Made by a program: the position numbers and the translations under genes
Notes under the pieces: model-generated
Databases searched by the model: none
What the model saw: the letters and a program-made list of their open reading frames with translations, nothing else
What the model was told of the DNA's origin: nothing
In this document: positions 54,030 to 64,000 of the stretch, piece by piece
Layout: each line of letters starts with the position of its first letter
How positions within the stretch are numbered: position 1 is the stretch's first letter
Assembly: GCF_003018235.1 (NCBI RefSeq)
Contig: NZ_CP027439.1
Origin: Escherichia coli
Lineage (GTDB): Bacteria; Pseudomonadota; Gammaproteobacteria; Enterobacterales; Enterobacteriaceae
Reading direction: 5' to 3' (one strand)
DNA length: 64,000 nt

Positions 54030-54658
54030 GATGCCGGGGGCTGATTGCCCTGCTGATATGGGGGCAGAGTGTGGCCGCAGCCGATCTTGGCACCTGGGGC
54101 GATCTGTGGCCGGTGCAGGAGCCGGACATGCTGACGGTGATCATGCAGCGCCTGACGGCACTGGAGCAGTCCGGTGAGATGGGCCGGAAAATGGATGCCT
54201 TTAAGGAGCGGGTGATCCGCAACAGCCTGCGGCCCCCTGCCGTTCCCGGAATCGGACGCACGGAAAAATACAGCAGCCGGTTGTTTGACCCGTCCGTCAG
54301 ACTGGCTGCGGATATCCGGGATAACGAAGGGCGGGTGTTTGCCCGTCAGGGAGAAGTGATGAATCCGCTGCAGTATGTCCCTTTTAACCAGACGCTGTAT
54401 TTCATCAATGGCGATGATCCGGCGCAGGTGACCTGGATGAAACGCCAGACGCCGCCCACACTGGAGAGCAAAATTATCCTCGTGCAGGGCAGTATCCCGG
54501 AGATGCAGAAGTCTCTGGACAGCCGTGTTTACTTTGACCAGAACGGTGTGCTCTGCCAGCGCCTCGGCATTGATCAGGTCCCGGCACGGGTGAGCGCCGT
54601 TCCCGGCGATCGCTTCCTGAAGGTGGAATTTATTCCGGCAGAGGAGGGCAGAAAATGA
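54026..54658 (+). CDS. traW: Pilus assembly protein TraW
   Basis: Start MRCRGLIALLIWGQSVAA (signal peptide); F order. Confidence 0.85.
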   Translation: MRCRGLIALLIWGQSVAAADLGTWGDLWPVQEPDMLTVIMQRLTALEQSGEMGRKMDAFKERVIRNSLRPPAVPGIGRTEKYSSRLFDPSVRLAADIRDNEGRVFARQGEVMNPLQYVPFNQTLYFINGDDPAQVTWMKRQTPPTLESKIILVQGSIPEMQKSLDSRVYFDQNGVLCQRLGIDQVPARVSAVPGDRFLKVEFIPAEEGRK

Positions 54659-55647
54659 AGCGAAGCCTGTGGCTGCTGATGTTATTCCTTCTCGCCGGTC
54701 ATGTCCCTGCAGCGTCTGCGGATTCTGCCTGTGAGGGGCGTTTTGTAAACCCGATCACGGATATCTGCTGGAGCTGTATTTTCCCGCTCTCGCTGGGCAG
54801 TATCAAAGTCAGTCAGGGTAAGGTCCCCGACACAGCGAACCCGTCGATGCCCATTCAGATTTGTCCGGCACCGCCGCCGCTGTTCAGGCGTATCGGGCTG
54901 GCCATTGGTTACTGGGAGCCGATGGCGCTGACGGACGTCACCCGATCACCGGGATGCATGGTTAACCTGGGCTTCAGCCTGCCGGCTTTTGGTAAAACGG
55001 CACAGGGAACGGCGAAAAAGGATGAGAAGCAGGTGAACGGGGCGTTCTATCACGTTCACTGGTACAAATACCCGCTGACGTACTGGCTTAACATCATCAC
55101 ATCGCTGGGCTGTCTGGAAGGTGGTGACCTGGATATCGCTTATCTTTCTGAAATCGACCCCACCTGGACGGACAGCAGCCTGACCACCATTCTCAATCCG
55201 GAAGCTGTCATCTTTGCCAATCCGATAGCACAGGGGGCCTGTGCAGCAGATGCCATTGCCAGCGCCTTTAATATGCCTCTCGATGTTCTGTTCTGGTGTG
55301 CCGGTTCGCAGGGCAGTATGTACCCGTTCAATGGCTGGGTGAGTAATGAGTCCAGTCCGTTGCAGTCCTCCCTGCTGGTCAGTGAACGCATGGCGTTCAA
55401 GCTGCACCGTCAGGGCATGATTATGGAAACCATCGGGAAAAATAACGCCGTCTGTAATGAATATCCGTCCCCAATCCTGCCCAAAGAACGCTGGCGTTAC
55501 CAGATGGTGAATATGTACCCGGACAGCGGACAGTGCCACCCGTTCGGGCGCAGTGTGACCCGCTGGGAAACCGGGAAAAATCCGCCCAATACAAAGAAAA
55601 ACTTCGGCTACCTGATGTGGCGTAAACGTAACTGTGTCTTCCTGTGA
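54655..55647 (+). CDS. traU: Conjugal transfer protein TraU
   Basis: 330 aa with signal peptide; F order. Confidence 0.9.
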   Translation: MKRSLWLLMLFLLAGHVPAASADSACEGRFVNPITDICWSCIFPLSLGSIKVSQGKVPDTANPSMPIQICPAPPPLFRRIGLAIGYWEPMALTDVTRSPGCMVNLGFSLPAFGKTAQGTAKKDEKQVNGAFYHVHWYKYPLTYWLNIITSLGCLEGGDLDIAYLSEIDPTWTDSSLTTILNPEAVIFANPIAQGACAADAIASAFNMPLDVLFWCAGSQGSMYPFNGWVSNESSPLQSSLLVSERMAFKLHRQGMIMETIGKNNAVCNEYPSPILPKERWRYQMVNMYPDSGQCHPFGRSVTRWETGKNPPNTKKNFGYLMWRKRNCVFL

Positions 55648-55652
55648 GGTGA

Positions 55653-56294
55653 ATGATGAAGCTGAGTATGAAATCTCTGGCAGCACTGCTGATGATGCTG
55701 AACGGGGCGGTTATGGCGTCAGAAAACGTGAACACTCCTGAAAACCGCCAGTTCCTGAAGCAGCAGGAAAATTTAAGCAGACAACTGCGTGAAAAACCTG
55801 ACCATCAGCTGAAAGCCTGGGCGGAGAAGCAGGTGCTGGAAAACCCCCTTCAGCGTTCAGATAACCATTTCCTGGATGAGCTGGTTCGTAAACAGCAGGC
55901 TTCGCAGGACGGGAAACCCCGGCAGGGTGCTCTGTATTTTGTGTCGTTTTCCATTCCCGAAGAGGGGCTGAAACGAATGCTGGGCGAAACCCGGCACTAC
56001 GGTATACCCGCCACACTGCGGGGCATGGTGAACAATGACCTGAAGACCACCGCTGAAGCCGTGCTGTCCCTGGTGAAAGACGGCGCGACTGATGGTGTTC
56101 AGATCGACCCGACGCTGTTTTCACAGTATGGCATTCGCAGTGTACCGGCACTGGTGGTGTTCTGCAGTCAGGGATACGACATCATCCGGGGAAACCTGCG
56201 GGTCGGCCAGGCGCTGGAGAAAGTGGCCGCCACGGGTGACTGCTGGCAGGTGGCTCATGATTTACTGGCAGGGAAAGGAGATTCCGGGAAATGA
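55653..56294 (+). CDS. trbC: Pilus assembly protein TrbC
   Basis: 213 aa with signal peptide; F order. Confidence 0.85.
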   Translation: MMKLSMKSLAALLMMLNGAVMASENVNTPENRQFLKQQENLSRQLREKPDHQLKAWAEKQVLENPLQRSDNHFLDELVRKQQASQDGKPRQGALYFVSFSIPEEGLKRMLGETRHYGIPATLRGMVNNDLKTTAEAVLSLVKDGATDGVQIDPTLFSQYGIRSVPALVVFCSQGYDIIRGNLRVGQALEKVAATGDCWQVAHDLLAGKGDSGK

Positions 56295-58099
56295 AACGTA
56301 TTTTACCTCTGATACTGGCTCTGGTTGCCGGCATGGCACAGGCTGACAGCAACAGTGATTACCGGGCCGGCTCTGATTTTGCTCACCAGATCAAAGGACA
56401 GGGAAGCAGCAGTATTCAGGGCTTTAAGCCACAGGAGAGTATCCCCGGCTATAACGCGAATCCGGACGAGACAAAATACTACGGTGGCGTGACTGCCGGC
56501 GGGGATGGCGGCCTGAAAAATGACGGCACCACGGAATGGGCGACCGGTGAAACCGGAAAAACCATCACAGAGTCATTCATGAACAAGCCGAAAGACATTC
56601 TTTCACCGGATGCACCGTTTATCCAGACCGGCAGGGATGTGGTGAACCGGGCTGACAGCATTGTGGGAAACACCGGGCAGCAGTGCAGTGCGCAGGAGAT
56701 TAGCCGGAGTGAATACACGAATTACACCTGTGAGCGGGATTTACAGGTGGAGCAGTACTGCACACGAACTGCCCGTATGGAGCTGCAGGGGAGTACCACA
56801 TGGGAAACCCGGACGCTGGAGTATGAAATGAGTCAGCTACCTGCACGTGAAGTGAATGGTCAGTATGTTGTCTCCATTACCTCTCCCGTTACCGGTGAAA
56901 TTGTCGATGCGCATTACAGCTGGAGTCGTACTTACCTGCAGAAGAGTGTACCTATGACAATTACAGTACTGGGAACCCCACTGAGCTGGAATGCCAAATA
57001 CTCAGCAGATGCCTCATTTACACCAGTACAGAAAACACTGACTGCCGGTGTTGCTTTTACGTCATCTCACCCCGTCCGGGTCGGGAATACAAAATTCAAA
57101 CGTCATACGGCAATGAAGCTGCGTCTGGTTGTCAGGGTAAAAAAAGCCTCGTACACCCCGTATGTTGTCTGGTCTGAAAGCTGCCCGTTCAGCAAGGAGC
57201 TGGGGAAACTGACAAAAACAGAATGTACGGAGGCTGGCGGGAACAGGACGCTGGTGAAAGACGGTCAGTCATACAGCATGTACCAGAGCTGCTGGGCATA
57301 CCGGGACACGTATGTCACGCAGTCAGCAGACAAGGGAACCTGTCAGACCTACACCGACAATCCTGCCTGTACCCTGGTGTCGCACCAGTGCGCCTTTTAC
57401 TCCGAAGAAGATGCCTGTCTGCATGAATATGCCACGTACTCCTGCGAGTCAAAAACATCCGGGAAAGTGATGGTCTGTGGGGGAGACGTCTTCTGTCTCG
57501 ATGGCGAATGCGATAAGGCTCAGAGCGGGCAGAGTAATGATTTTGCCGAAGCCGTTTCTCAGCTGGCGGCACTGGCCGCTGCAGGTAAGGATGTCGCGGC
57601 GCTGAACGGGGTGGATGTCCGTGCTTTCACCGGACAGGCGAAATTTTGTAAGAAGGCTGCAGCCGGATACAGCAACTGCTGTAAGGACAGCGGCTGGGGA
57701 CAGGATATTGGGCTGGCCAAATGCAGCAGTGATGAAAAAGCCCTGTCTAAAGCAAAATCAAACAAACTGACCGTCAGCGTCGGGGAATTCTGTTCGAAGA
57801 AAGTGCTGGGTGTCTGTCTGGAGAAAAAACGCAGCTACTGTCAGTTTGATTCGAAACTGGCGCAGATAGTCCAGCAGCAGGGGCGCAACGGGCAGCTACG
57901 TATCAGTTTTGGTAGTGCGAAGCATCCTGACTGTCGGGGAATTACGGTTGATGAACTGCAGAAAATTCAGTTCGACAGACTGGATTTCACTAACTTCTAC
58001 GAAGACCTGATGAATAACCAGAAAATCCCTGACAGTGGCGTTCTGACGCAGAAAGTGAAAGAGCAGATTGCTGAACAGCTGAAACAGGCAGGACAGTAA
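56291..58099 (+). CDS. traN: Mating-pair stabilisation protein TraN
   Basis: 602 aa, signal peptide, cysteine-rich C-terminal half. Confidence 0.9.
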   Translation: MKRILPLILALVAGMAQADSNSDYRAGSDFAHQIKGQGSSSIQGFKPQESIPGYNANPDETKYYGGVTAGGDGGLKNDGTTEWATGETGKTITESFMNKPKDILSPDAPFIQTGRDVVNRADSIVGNTGQQCSAQEISRSEYTNYTCERDLQVEQYCTRTARMELQGSTTWETRTLEYEMSQLPAREVNGQYVVSITSPVTGEIVDAHYSWSRTYLQKSVPMTITVLGTPLSWNAKYSADASFTPVQKTLTAGVAFTSSHPVRVGNTKFKRHTAMKLRLVVRVKKASYTPYVVWSESCPFSKELGKLTKTECTEAGGNRTLVKDGQSYSMYQSCWAYRDTYVTQSADKGTCQTYTDNPACTLVSHQCAFYSEEDACLHEYATYSCESKTSGKVMVCGGDVFCLDGECDKAQSGQSNDFAEAVSQLAALAAAGKDVAALNGVDVRAFTGQAKFCKKAAAGYSNCCKDSGWGQDIGLAKCSSDEKALSKAKSNKLTVSVGEFCSKKVLGVCLEKKRSYCQFDSKLAQIVQQQGRNGQLRISFGSAKHPDCRGITVDELQKIQFDRLDFTNFYEDLMNNQKIPDSGVLTQKVKEQIAEQLKQAGQ

Positions 58100-58122
58100 G
58101 GTAGGGAAAATAACCGGGGGAA

Positions 58123-58383
58123 ATGATGAAAGTCATATTCACGTCGAACCGTTTTATTGATTTTCTTATCCGGCTTTTGATTACAGCGATTGTCATTTCC
58201 CCGGTAATTATCTGGTCGTGGGATACGGTAAAAGAAACCACTGCAGGTGAGATACTTGCTGCTGCTTTCGTTATTTTTTACTCCGGTGTGCTCCTGTTTA
58301 TTCTGTATTTTTGTTTTTCTGCCCTGACTGACCTGCAGAAACCTGATGAAAGAAAAAGTGATGAAAGGAATGAAGATGAATAA
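58123..58383 (+). CDS. trbE: Conjugal transfer protein TrbE
   Basis: 86-aa membrane protein between traN and traF. Confidence 0.75.
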   Translation: MMKVIFTSNRFIDFLIRLLITAIVISPVIIWSWDTVKETTAGEILAAAFVIFYSGVLLFILYFCFSALTDLQKPDERKSDERNEDE

Positions 58384-59119
58384 AGCATTACTGCCACTGT
58401 TACTCTGCTGCTTTATTTTTCCGGCGTCAGGAAAAGATGCAGGCTGGCAGTGGTATAACGAGAAAATAAATCCGAAGGAAAAAGAAAATAAACCAGTACC
58501 TGCAGCCCCCCGTCAGGAGCCGGACATTATGCAGAAACTGGCCGCACTGCAGACGGCAACAAAGCGGGCGCTGTACGAAGCCATTCTGTATCCCGGTGTG
58601 GATAATTTTGTGAAATATTTCCGTCTGCAGAATTACTGGACTCAGCAGGCCGGGCTTTTCACCATGAGCGCCAGAAAGGCCATGCTGGCACATCCTGAAC
58701 TGGACTATAACCTGCAGTACAGCCATTACAACGGTACGGTACGGAACCAGCTGGCAGCAGACCAGGCGCAGCAGCGACAGGCCATTGCGAAACTGGCTGA
58801 ACACTACGGCATCATGTTTTTTTACCGGGGGCTGGACCCTATTGACGGGCAGCTGGCGCAGGTCATTAATGGCTTCAGGGATACCTATGGTCTGAGTGTT
58901 ATTCCCGTATCCGTGGATGGCGTGATTAATCCGCTGTTGCCGGATTCCCGGACTGACCAGGGGCAGGCGCAGCGCCTCGGCGTGAAATATTTCCCGGCCA
59001 TGATGCTGGTTGACCCGAAACAGGGCAGTGTTCGCCCGTTATCATACGGCTTTATTTCGCAGGATGATCTGGCAAAACAGTTCCTGAACGTTTCTGAAGA
59101 TTTTAAACCAAATTTTTAA
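58376..59119 (+). CDS. traF: Pilus assembly protein TraF (thioredoxin-like)
   Basis: Start MNKALLPLLLCCFIFPASG; F order. Confidence 0.9.
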   Translation: MNKALLPLLLCCFIFPASGKDAGWQWYNEKINPKEKENKPVPAAPRQEPDIMQKLAALQTATKRALYEAILYPGVDNFVKYFRLQNYWTQQAGLFTMSARKAMLAHPELDYNLQYSHYNGTVRNQLAADQAQQRQAIAKLAEHYGIMFFYRGLDPIDGQLAQVINGFRDTYGLSVIPVSVDGVINPLLPDSRTDQGQAQRLGVKYFPAMMLVDPKQGSVRPLSYGFISQDDLAKQFLNVSEDFKPNF

Positions 59120-59134
59120 TCGCGGATTTGATTT

Positions 59135-59482
59135 ATGAGTGAAGATTATTTGAAAATGTTTACAGGTGTTTTTCTGTTAATATTTGTCATTATTGCCGGT
59201 TATTTCTTTTCTGAGCGTAATGACAGGAAAATGTTTCTCCTGAGCTCACTGGTTTTCCTTGTTATTAATATCGCGTGTTTATATGTGCTTACCGCCAGTC
59301 TCTGGTTTCTGTGTGGTGCAATTATGAATCAGGGCGCAGCAATGGTTGTTCCAATGGTTATTGGCTCATTACCGGACGTTACGAGCTTCGACAGGTTCAG
59401 AAGAATATTTGTCTGTATTATGTTGTCATCAGTATGGTCCGGAATGATGTGGTTTTTTATAAGGGGGCTTATGACAGGCTAA
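59135..59482 (+). CDS. trbA: Conjugal transfer protein TrbA
   Basis: 115-aa polytopic membrane protein in F position. Confidence 0.75.
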   Translation: MSEDYLKMFTGVFLLIFVIIAGYFFSERNDRKMFLLSSLVFLVINIACLYVLTASLWFLCGAIMNQGAAMVVPMVIGSLPDVTSFDRFRRIFVCIMLSSVWSGMMWFFIRGLMTG

Positions 59483-59600
59483 GTCATATAAAACGGTAAT
59501 AAAAACCATACAAAATAATGAGGTTGAACTGATTAATATCACACAAACGCGAATATTACAGACATAAATACTCTCATGTAAATAATAACCGGAGTTTAAC

Positions 59601-59885
59601 ATGATAAGTAAACGCAGATTCTCTTTACCCCGGCTTGATATTACGGGAATGTGGGTATTTTCCCTGGGTGTCTGGTTTCATATCGTCGCCCGTCTTGTTT
59701 ACAGCAAACCCTGGATGGCTTTTTTTCTGGCGGAGCTGATTGCGGCCATCCTTGTGCTGTTCGGCGCATACCAGGTGCTGGATGCATGGATTGCCCGTGT
59801 CAGCCGGGAAGAGCGTGAGGCACTGGAAGCCAGGCAACAGGCCATGATGGAAGGGCAGCAGGAGGGCAGACATGTCTCTCATTAA
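59601..59885 (+). CDS. traQ: Pilin chaperone TraQ
   Basis: 94-aa membrane protein; F order. Confidence 0.8.
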   Translation: MISKRRFSLPRLDITGMWVFSLGVWFHIVARLVYSKPWMAFFLAELIAAILVLFGAYQVLDAWIARVSREEREALEARQQAMMEGQQEGRHVSH

Positions 59886-60417
59886 ATCACTGTTGTTCAC
59901 CCTGTTGCTGGCATCCGCTGCCGTGCAGGCCTCCACCCGGGATGAAATTGAACGACTCTGGAATCTGCAGGGCATGGCCGCGCAGCCTGCACAACCGGCA
60001 GCAGGCACGTCAGCCAGGACAGAAAAGCCAGCCCCCCGCTGGTTCCGCCTCAGCAACGGCAGGCAGGTTAACCTGGCCGACTGGAAGGTGGTGCTGTTTA
60101 TGCAGGGGCATTGCCCTTACTGTCACCAGTTTGACCCGGTACTGAAACAGCTGGCACAGCAGTACGGCTTTTCCGTTTTTCCCTACACCCTGGATGGTCA
60201 GGGGGATACCGCCTTTCCGGAGGCATTGCCGGTGCCACCGGACGTGATGCAGACCTTCTTCCCGAATATCCCGGTGGCCACACCGACTACCTTCCTGGTC
60301 AACGTCAACACGCTTGAGGCATTACCGCTTTTACAGGGGGCAACGGATGTTGCCGGTTTTATGGCGCGGATGGATACCGTTCTGCAGATGTACGGAGGGA
60401 AAAAAGGTGCGAAATAA
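59872..60417 (+). CDS. trbB: Thiol:disulfide interchange protein TrbB
   Basis: Signal peptide plus CPYC thioredoxin motif. Confidence 0.9.
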   Translation: MSLIKSLLFTLLLASAAVQASTRDEIERLWNLQGMAAQPAQPAAGTSARTEKPAPRWFRLSNGRQVNLADWKVVLFMQGHCPYCHQFDPVLKQLAQQYGFSVFPYTLDGQGDTAFPEALPVPPDVMQTFFPNIPVATPTTFLVNVNTLEALPLLQGATDVAGFMARMDTVLQMYGGKKGAK

Positions 60418-60709
60418 GCAGGTGGTGTTACTCATTGCCGGAATATCCGGCATCGCGACGGGAATAATCGTCAGCCTGAATATCCCCTTTATCCATCAGG
60501 GGCTTTTTTATCCCGCCAGCCCTGTAGAAATTGTCGTTTCGCTGTGCCTTACCTTTTCTGTTTCTGTTGTGTTTTTTGTGGGGGCAATTGTGGGATGGAT
60601 TTCGGTGTCTGAAATATATTACAGCCGCAGGACTGGACGGAAATATCGGGATATTCCTGCTGAAATGTCGTATGCGCCGGGAGAACACATTAAGGGAGGG
60701 CAAGAATGA
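60407..60709 (+). CDS. trbJ: Conjugal transfer protein TrbJ (GTG start)
   Basis: GTG at 60407 after GGAGGG RBS; ~100-aa membrane protein; F order. Confidence 0.6.
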   Translation: MRNKQVVLLIAGISGIATGIIVSLNIPFIHQGLFYPASPVEIVVSLCLTFSVSVVFFVGAIVGWISVSEIYYSRRTGRKYRDIPAEMSYAPGEHIKGGQE

Positions 60710-62082
60710 TGCCACGCATTAAACCTCTTCTGGTTCTTTGTGCTGCTTTACTGACGGTCACACCCGCAGCGTCAGCGGATGTGAACAGCGACATGAATCA
60801 GTTCTTTAACAAGCTGGGCTTCGCCTCCAATACCACACAGCCGGGCGTCTGGCAGGGGCAGGCCGCCGGTTATGCTTACGGTGGCTCCCTGTATGCCCGT
60901 ACTCAGGTCAAAAATGTTCAGCTGATTTCCATGACGCTGCCGGATATCAATGCCGGATGTGGCGGCATCGACGCCTATCTCGGCTCGTTCAGTTTTATTA
61001 ATGGCGAGCAGCTGCAGCGTTTTGTTAAGCAGATTATGAGCAATGCTGCCGGTTACTTTTTTGACCTTGCCCTGCAGACAACGGTGCCGGAAATCAAAAC
61101 CGCAAAAGACTTCCTGCAGAAAATGGCAAGCGACATTAACAGTATGAACCTCAGTTCCTGCCAGGCGGCACAGGGGATTATCGGCGGGCTCTTCCCCCGG
61201 ACGCAGGTGTCCCAGCAGAAAGTCTGTCAGGACATTGCCGGTGAGAGCAATATTTTTGCTGACTGGGCGGCTTCCCGGCAGGGATGTACCGTTGGCGGTA
61301 AATCTGACAGCGTCAGGGATAAAGCCAGCGACAAGGATAAGGAGCGGGTGACCAAAAACATTAACATCATGTGGAATGCGCTTTCCAAAAACAGAATGTT
61401 TGACGGCAACAAAGAGCTGAAAGAGTTTGTGATGACGCTGACCGGCTCACTGGTGTTTGGTCCCAACGGCGAAATCACACCGCTGTCAGCCAGAACCACT
61501 GACCGCTCAATTATCCGGGCCATGATGGAAGGCGGCACAGCAAAAATTTATCACTGCAACGATTCTGATAAATGCCTGAAAGTGGTGGCAGACACACCGG
61601 TGACCATCAGCCGGGATAATGCACTGAAGTCTCAGATTACTAAACTTCTGGCCAGCATTCAGAACAAGGCGGTCAGTGACACGCCTCTGGATGACAAGGA
61701 AAAAGGCTTTATTTCCAGTACCACCATCCCCGTCTTCAAATACCTGGTTGACCCGCAGATGCTCGGTGTTTCCAACAGTATGATTTACCAGCTGACGGAC
61801 TATATCGGTTACGACATCCTGCTGCAGTACATTCAGGAGCTGATACAGCAGGCCCGGGCGATGGTGGCCACAGGAAATTATGACGAAGCAGTTATCGAAC
61901 ATATTAACGACAACATGAATGATGCCACCCGGCAGATTGCGGCGTTTCAGTCACAGGTGCAGGTACAGCAGGATGCGCTGCTGGTTGTCGATCGTCAGAT
62001 GAGCTACATGCGTCAGCAGCTTTCCGCCCGCATGCTCAGTCGTTACCAGAACAACTATCACTTCGGAGGGAGCACGCTGTGA
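60706..62082 (+). CDS. traH: Pilus assembly protein TraH
   Basis: 458 aa with signal peptide; F order. Confidence 0.9.
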   Translation: MMPRIKPLLVLCAALLTVTPAASADVNSDMNQFFNKLGFASNTTQPGVWQGQAAGYAYGGSLYARTQVKNVQLISMTLPDINAGCGGIDAYLGSFSFINGEQLQRFVKQIMSNAAGYFFDLALQTTVPEIKTAKDFLQKMASDINSMNLSSCQAAQGIIGGLFPRTQVSQQKVCQDIAGESNIFADWAASRQGCTVGGKSDSVRDKASDKDKERVTKNINIMWNALSKNRMFDGNKELKEFVMTLTGSLVFGPNGEITPLSARTTDRSIIRAMMEGGTAKIYHCNDSDKCLKVVADTPVTISRDNALKSQITKLLASIQNKAVSDTPLDDKEKGFISSTTIPVFKYLVDPQMLGVSNSMIYQLTDYIGYDILLQYIQELIQQARAMVATGNYDEAVIEHINDNMNDATRQIAAFQSQVQVQQDALLVVDRQMSYMRQQLSARMLSRYQNNYHFGGSTL

Positions 62083-64000
62083 ATGAAGTTTATGTGATTG
62101 CCGGTGGTGAGTGGTTGCGGAATAACCTGAACGCCATTGCCGCTTTTATGGGAACCAGGACGTGGGATTCCATTGAAAAAATTGCGCTCACATTGTCTGT
62201 TCTCGCGGTGGCCGTGATGTGGGTACAGCGGCACAACGTGATGGATTTGCTGGGCTGGGTGGCCGTGTTTGTGCTTATCAGCCTGCTGGTTAATGTCCGC
62301 ACATCGGTGCAGATTATTGATAACAGTGACCTGGTCAAAGTTCACCGGGTGGATAATGTGCCGGTCGGACTGGCGATGCCACTTTCACTGACGACCCGTA
62401 TCGGGCATGCAATGGTGGCCAGTTACGAGATGATCTTCACGCAACCGGACAGTGTCACCTACAGCAAAACGGGGATGCTGTTTGGCGCAGAACTGGTATC
62501 AAAAAGCACCGACTTTTTGTCCCGGAATCCGGAAATCGCCAATCTTTTCCAGGATTATGTGCAGAACTGCGTGATGGGGGATATTTACCTGAACCACAAA
62601 TATACGCTGGAGGAGCTGATGGCCTCCGCTGATCCCTACACGCTGATTTTTTCCCGCCCCAGCCCGCTGCGGGGCGTTTATGACAGCAATAATAATTTCG
62701 TAACCTGTAAGGACGCTTCGGTTTCGCTGAAAGACAAGCTGAATCTGGACACACAGAGTGGCGGAAAAACCTGGCATTATTATGCCCAGCAGCTATTTGG
62801 CGGACGCCCTGATCCTAACCTGCTGTTCAGTACGCTGATTGGCGACAGTTACAGTTACTTCTATGGCTCAAGTAAATCAGCCAGCCAGATCATCCGCCAG
62901 AATGTCACCATCAATGCGCTGAAGGAGGGGATCACCAGTTATGCCGCACGTAATGGTGATTCGGCCAGCCTGGTGAATCTGGCCACCACATCATCGATGG
63001 AGAAGCAACGTCTGGCACATGTCTCCATCGGTCATGTGGCGATGCGGACACTGCCCATGACGCAGACCATCCTGACGGGGATCGCCATCGGTATTTTCCC
63101 GCTCCTGGTACTGGCGGCTGTCTTCAACAAACTGACGCTGTCCGTCCTGAAAGGCTATGTGTTTGCCCTGATGTGGTTGCAGTCATGGCCAATGTTGTAC
63201 GCCATTCTGAACAGCGCCATGACATTTTATGCAAAGCAGAATGGTGCACCGGTGGTGCTCTCGGAAATTTCACAGATACAGCTGAAATACTCCGATCTGG
63301 CTTCCACTGCCGGGTATCTTTCCATGATGATCCCGCCATTATCCTGGATGATGGTCAGGGGGCTCGGGGCAGGATTTTCCAGTGTGTACAGCCATTTCGC
63401 TTCCTCTGCTATCAGCCCGACCGCCAGTGCAGCAGGCAGTGTGGTTGACGGTAATTACTCCTACGGCAACATGCAGACGGAGAACGTTAACGGCTTCAGC
63501 TGGAGCACCAACAGCACCACGTCGTTTGGTCAGATGATGTACCAGACCGGCAGTGGCGCAACCGCCACACAGACCCGTGACGGTAATATGGTGATGGATG
63601 CAAGCGGAGCGATGTCCCGGTTACCGGTCGGCATCAATGCAACGCGTCAGATTGCGGCGGCACAACAGGAAATGGCCCGGGAAGCATCGAACAGAGCAGA
63701 AAGTGCCCTGCATGGGTTCAGCAGCAGTATTGCCAGTGCCTGGAACACGCTCAGTCAGTTTGGTTCTAACCGGGGGAGCAGTGATTCTGTCACCGGTGGT
63801 GCTGACAGCACGATGAGTGCTCAGGACTCCATGATGGCCAGCCGTATGCGCAGTGCAGTGGAAAGCTATGCGAAGGCGCATAATATCAGTAATGAGCAGG
63901 CGACTCAGGAACTGGCATCAACAAGTACCAGGCTATCTGGTGGAATGTATGCTGATGCTCATGCTGAATGGGGGGTTAAACCTAAAATTCTTGGTGTTGG
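62079..64000 (+). CDS. traG: Mating-pair stabilisation protein TraG, N-terminal part (3'-partial)
   Basis: GTG start overlapping traH stop; translation (M)NEVYVIAGGEWLRNNLNAIAAFMGTRTWDS... open to window end. Confidence 0.9.
   Translation, partial: MNEVYVIAGGEWLRNNLNAIAAFMGTRTWDSIEKIALTLSVLAVAVMWVQRHNVMDLLGWVAVFVLISLLVNVRTSVQIIDNSDLVKVHRVDNVPVGLAMPLSLTTRIGHAMVASYEMIFTQPDSVTYSKTGMLFGAELVSKSTDFLSRNPEIANLFQDYVQNCVMGDIYLNHKYTLEELMASADPYTLIFSRPSPLRGVYDSNNNFVTCKDASVSLKDKLNLDTQSGGKTWHYYAQQLFGGRPDPNLLFSTLIGDSYSYFYGSSKSASQIIRQNVTINALKEGITSYAARNGDSASLVNLATTSSMEKQRLAHVSIGHVAMRTLPMTQTILTGIAIGIFPLLVLAAVFNKLTLSVLKGYVFALMWLQSWPMLYAILNSAMTFYAKQNGAPVVLSEISQIQLKYSDLASTAGYLSMMIPPLSWMMVRGLGAGFSSVYSHFASSAISPTASAAGSVVDGNYSYGNMQTENVNGFSWSTNSTTSFGQMMYQTGSGATATQTRDGNMVMDASGAMSRLPVGINATRQIAAAQQEMAREASNRAESALHGFSSSIASAWNTLSQFGSNRGSSDSVTGGADSTMSAQDSMMASRMRSAVESYAKAHNISNEQATQELASTSTRLSGGMYADAHAEWGVKPKILGV

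Overview
This window reads as a segment of a large F-like (IncF-type) conjugative plasmid from an enterobacterium; all calls are from reading the sequence and ORF translations, with no database search run. Left to right: (1) 2-13105, a chromosomal-type accessory region with the 3' part of an AcrB-family RND efflux pump and three LysR-regulator/oxidoreductase modules, interrupted by a Tn3-family inverted repeat plus transposase fragment and a truncated SDR paralog; (2) 13.1-17.3 kb, two unknown ORFs (one split by an intact IS3-family element with a 3-bp target duplication), a small ORF and a tyrosine recombinase; (3) 17.3-23.0 kb, an AT-rich array of small, mostly membrane-anchored ORFs, each followed by a conserved ~24-bp site (9 copies) - the most unusual feature and the best candidate for an undescribed system; (4) maintenance and replication modules: RelE/Phd toxin-antitoxin, DinJ-like protein, parAB with four parS-like palindromes bracketed by a 45-bp direct repeat, umuDC with a LexA box, and a RepFIB-type RepA flanked by iterons and a DnaA box; (5) an F-type leading region (klcA, orphan methyltransferase, ssb, ParB-like nuclease, psiB, psiA, hok/mok) with three mosaic Frpo/ssi-like repeats; (6) oriT and the transfer operon traM through the 5' part of traG, with two extra membrane ORFs between traR and traC.
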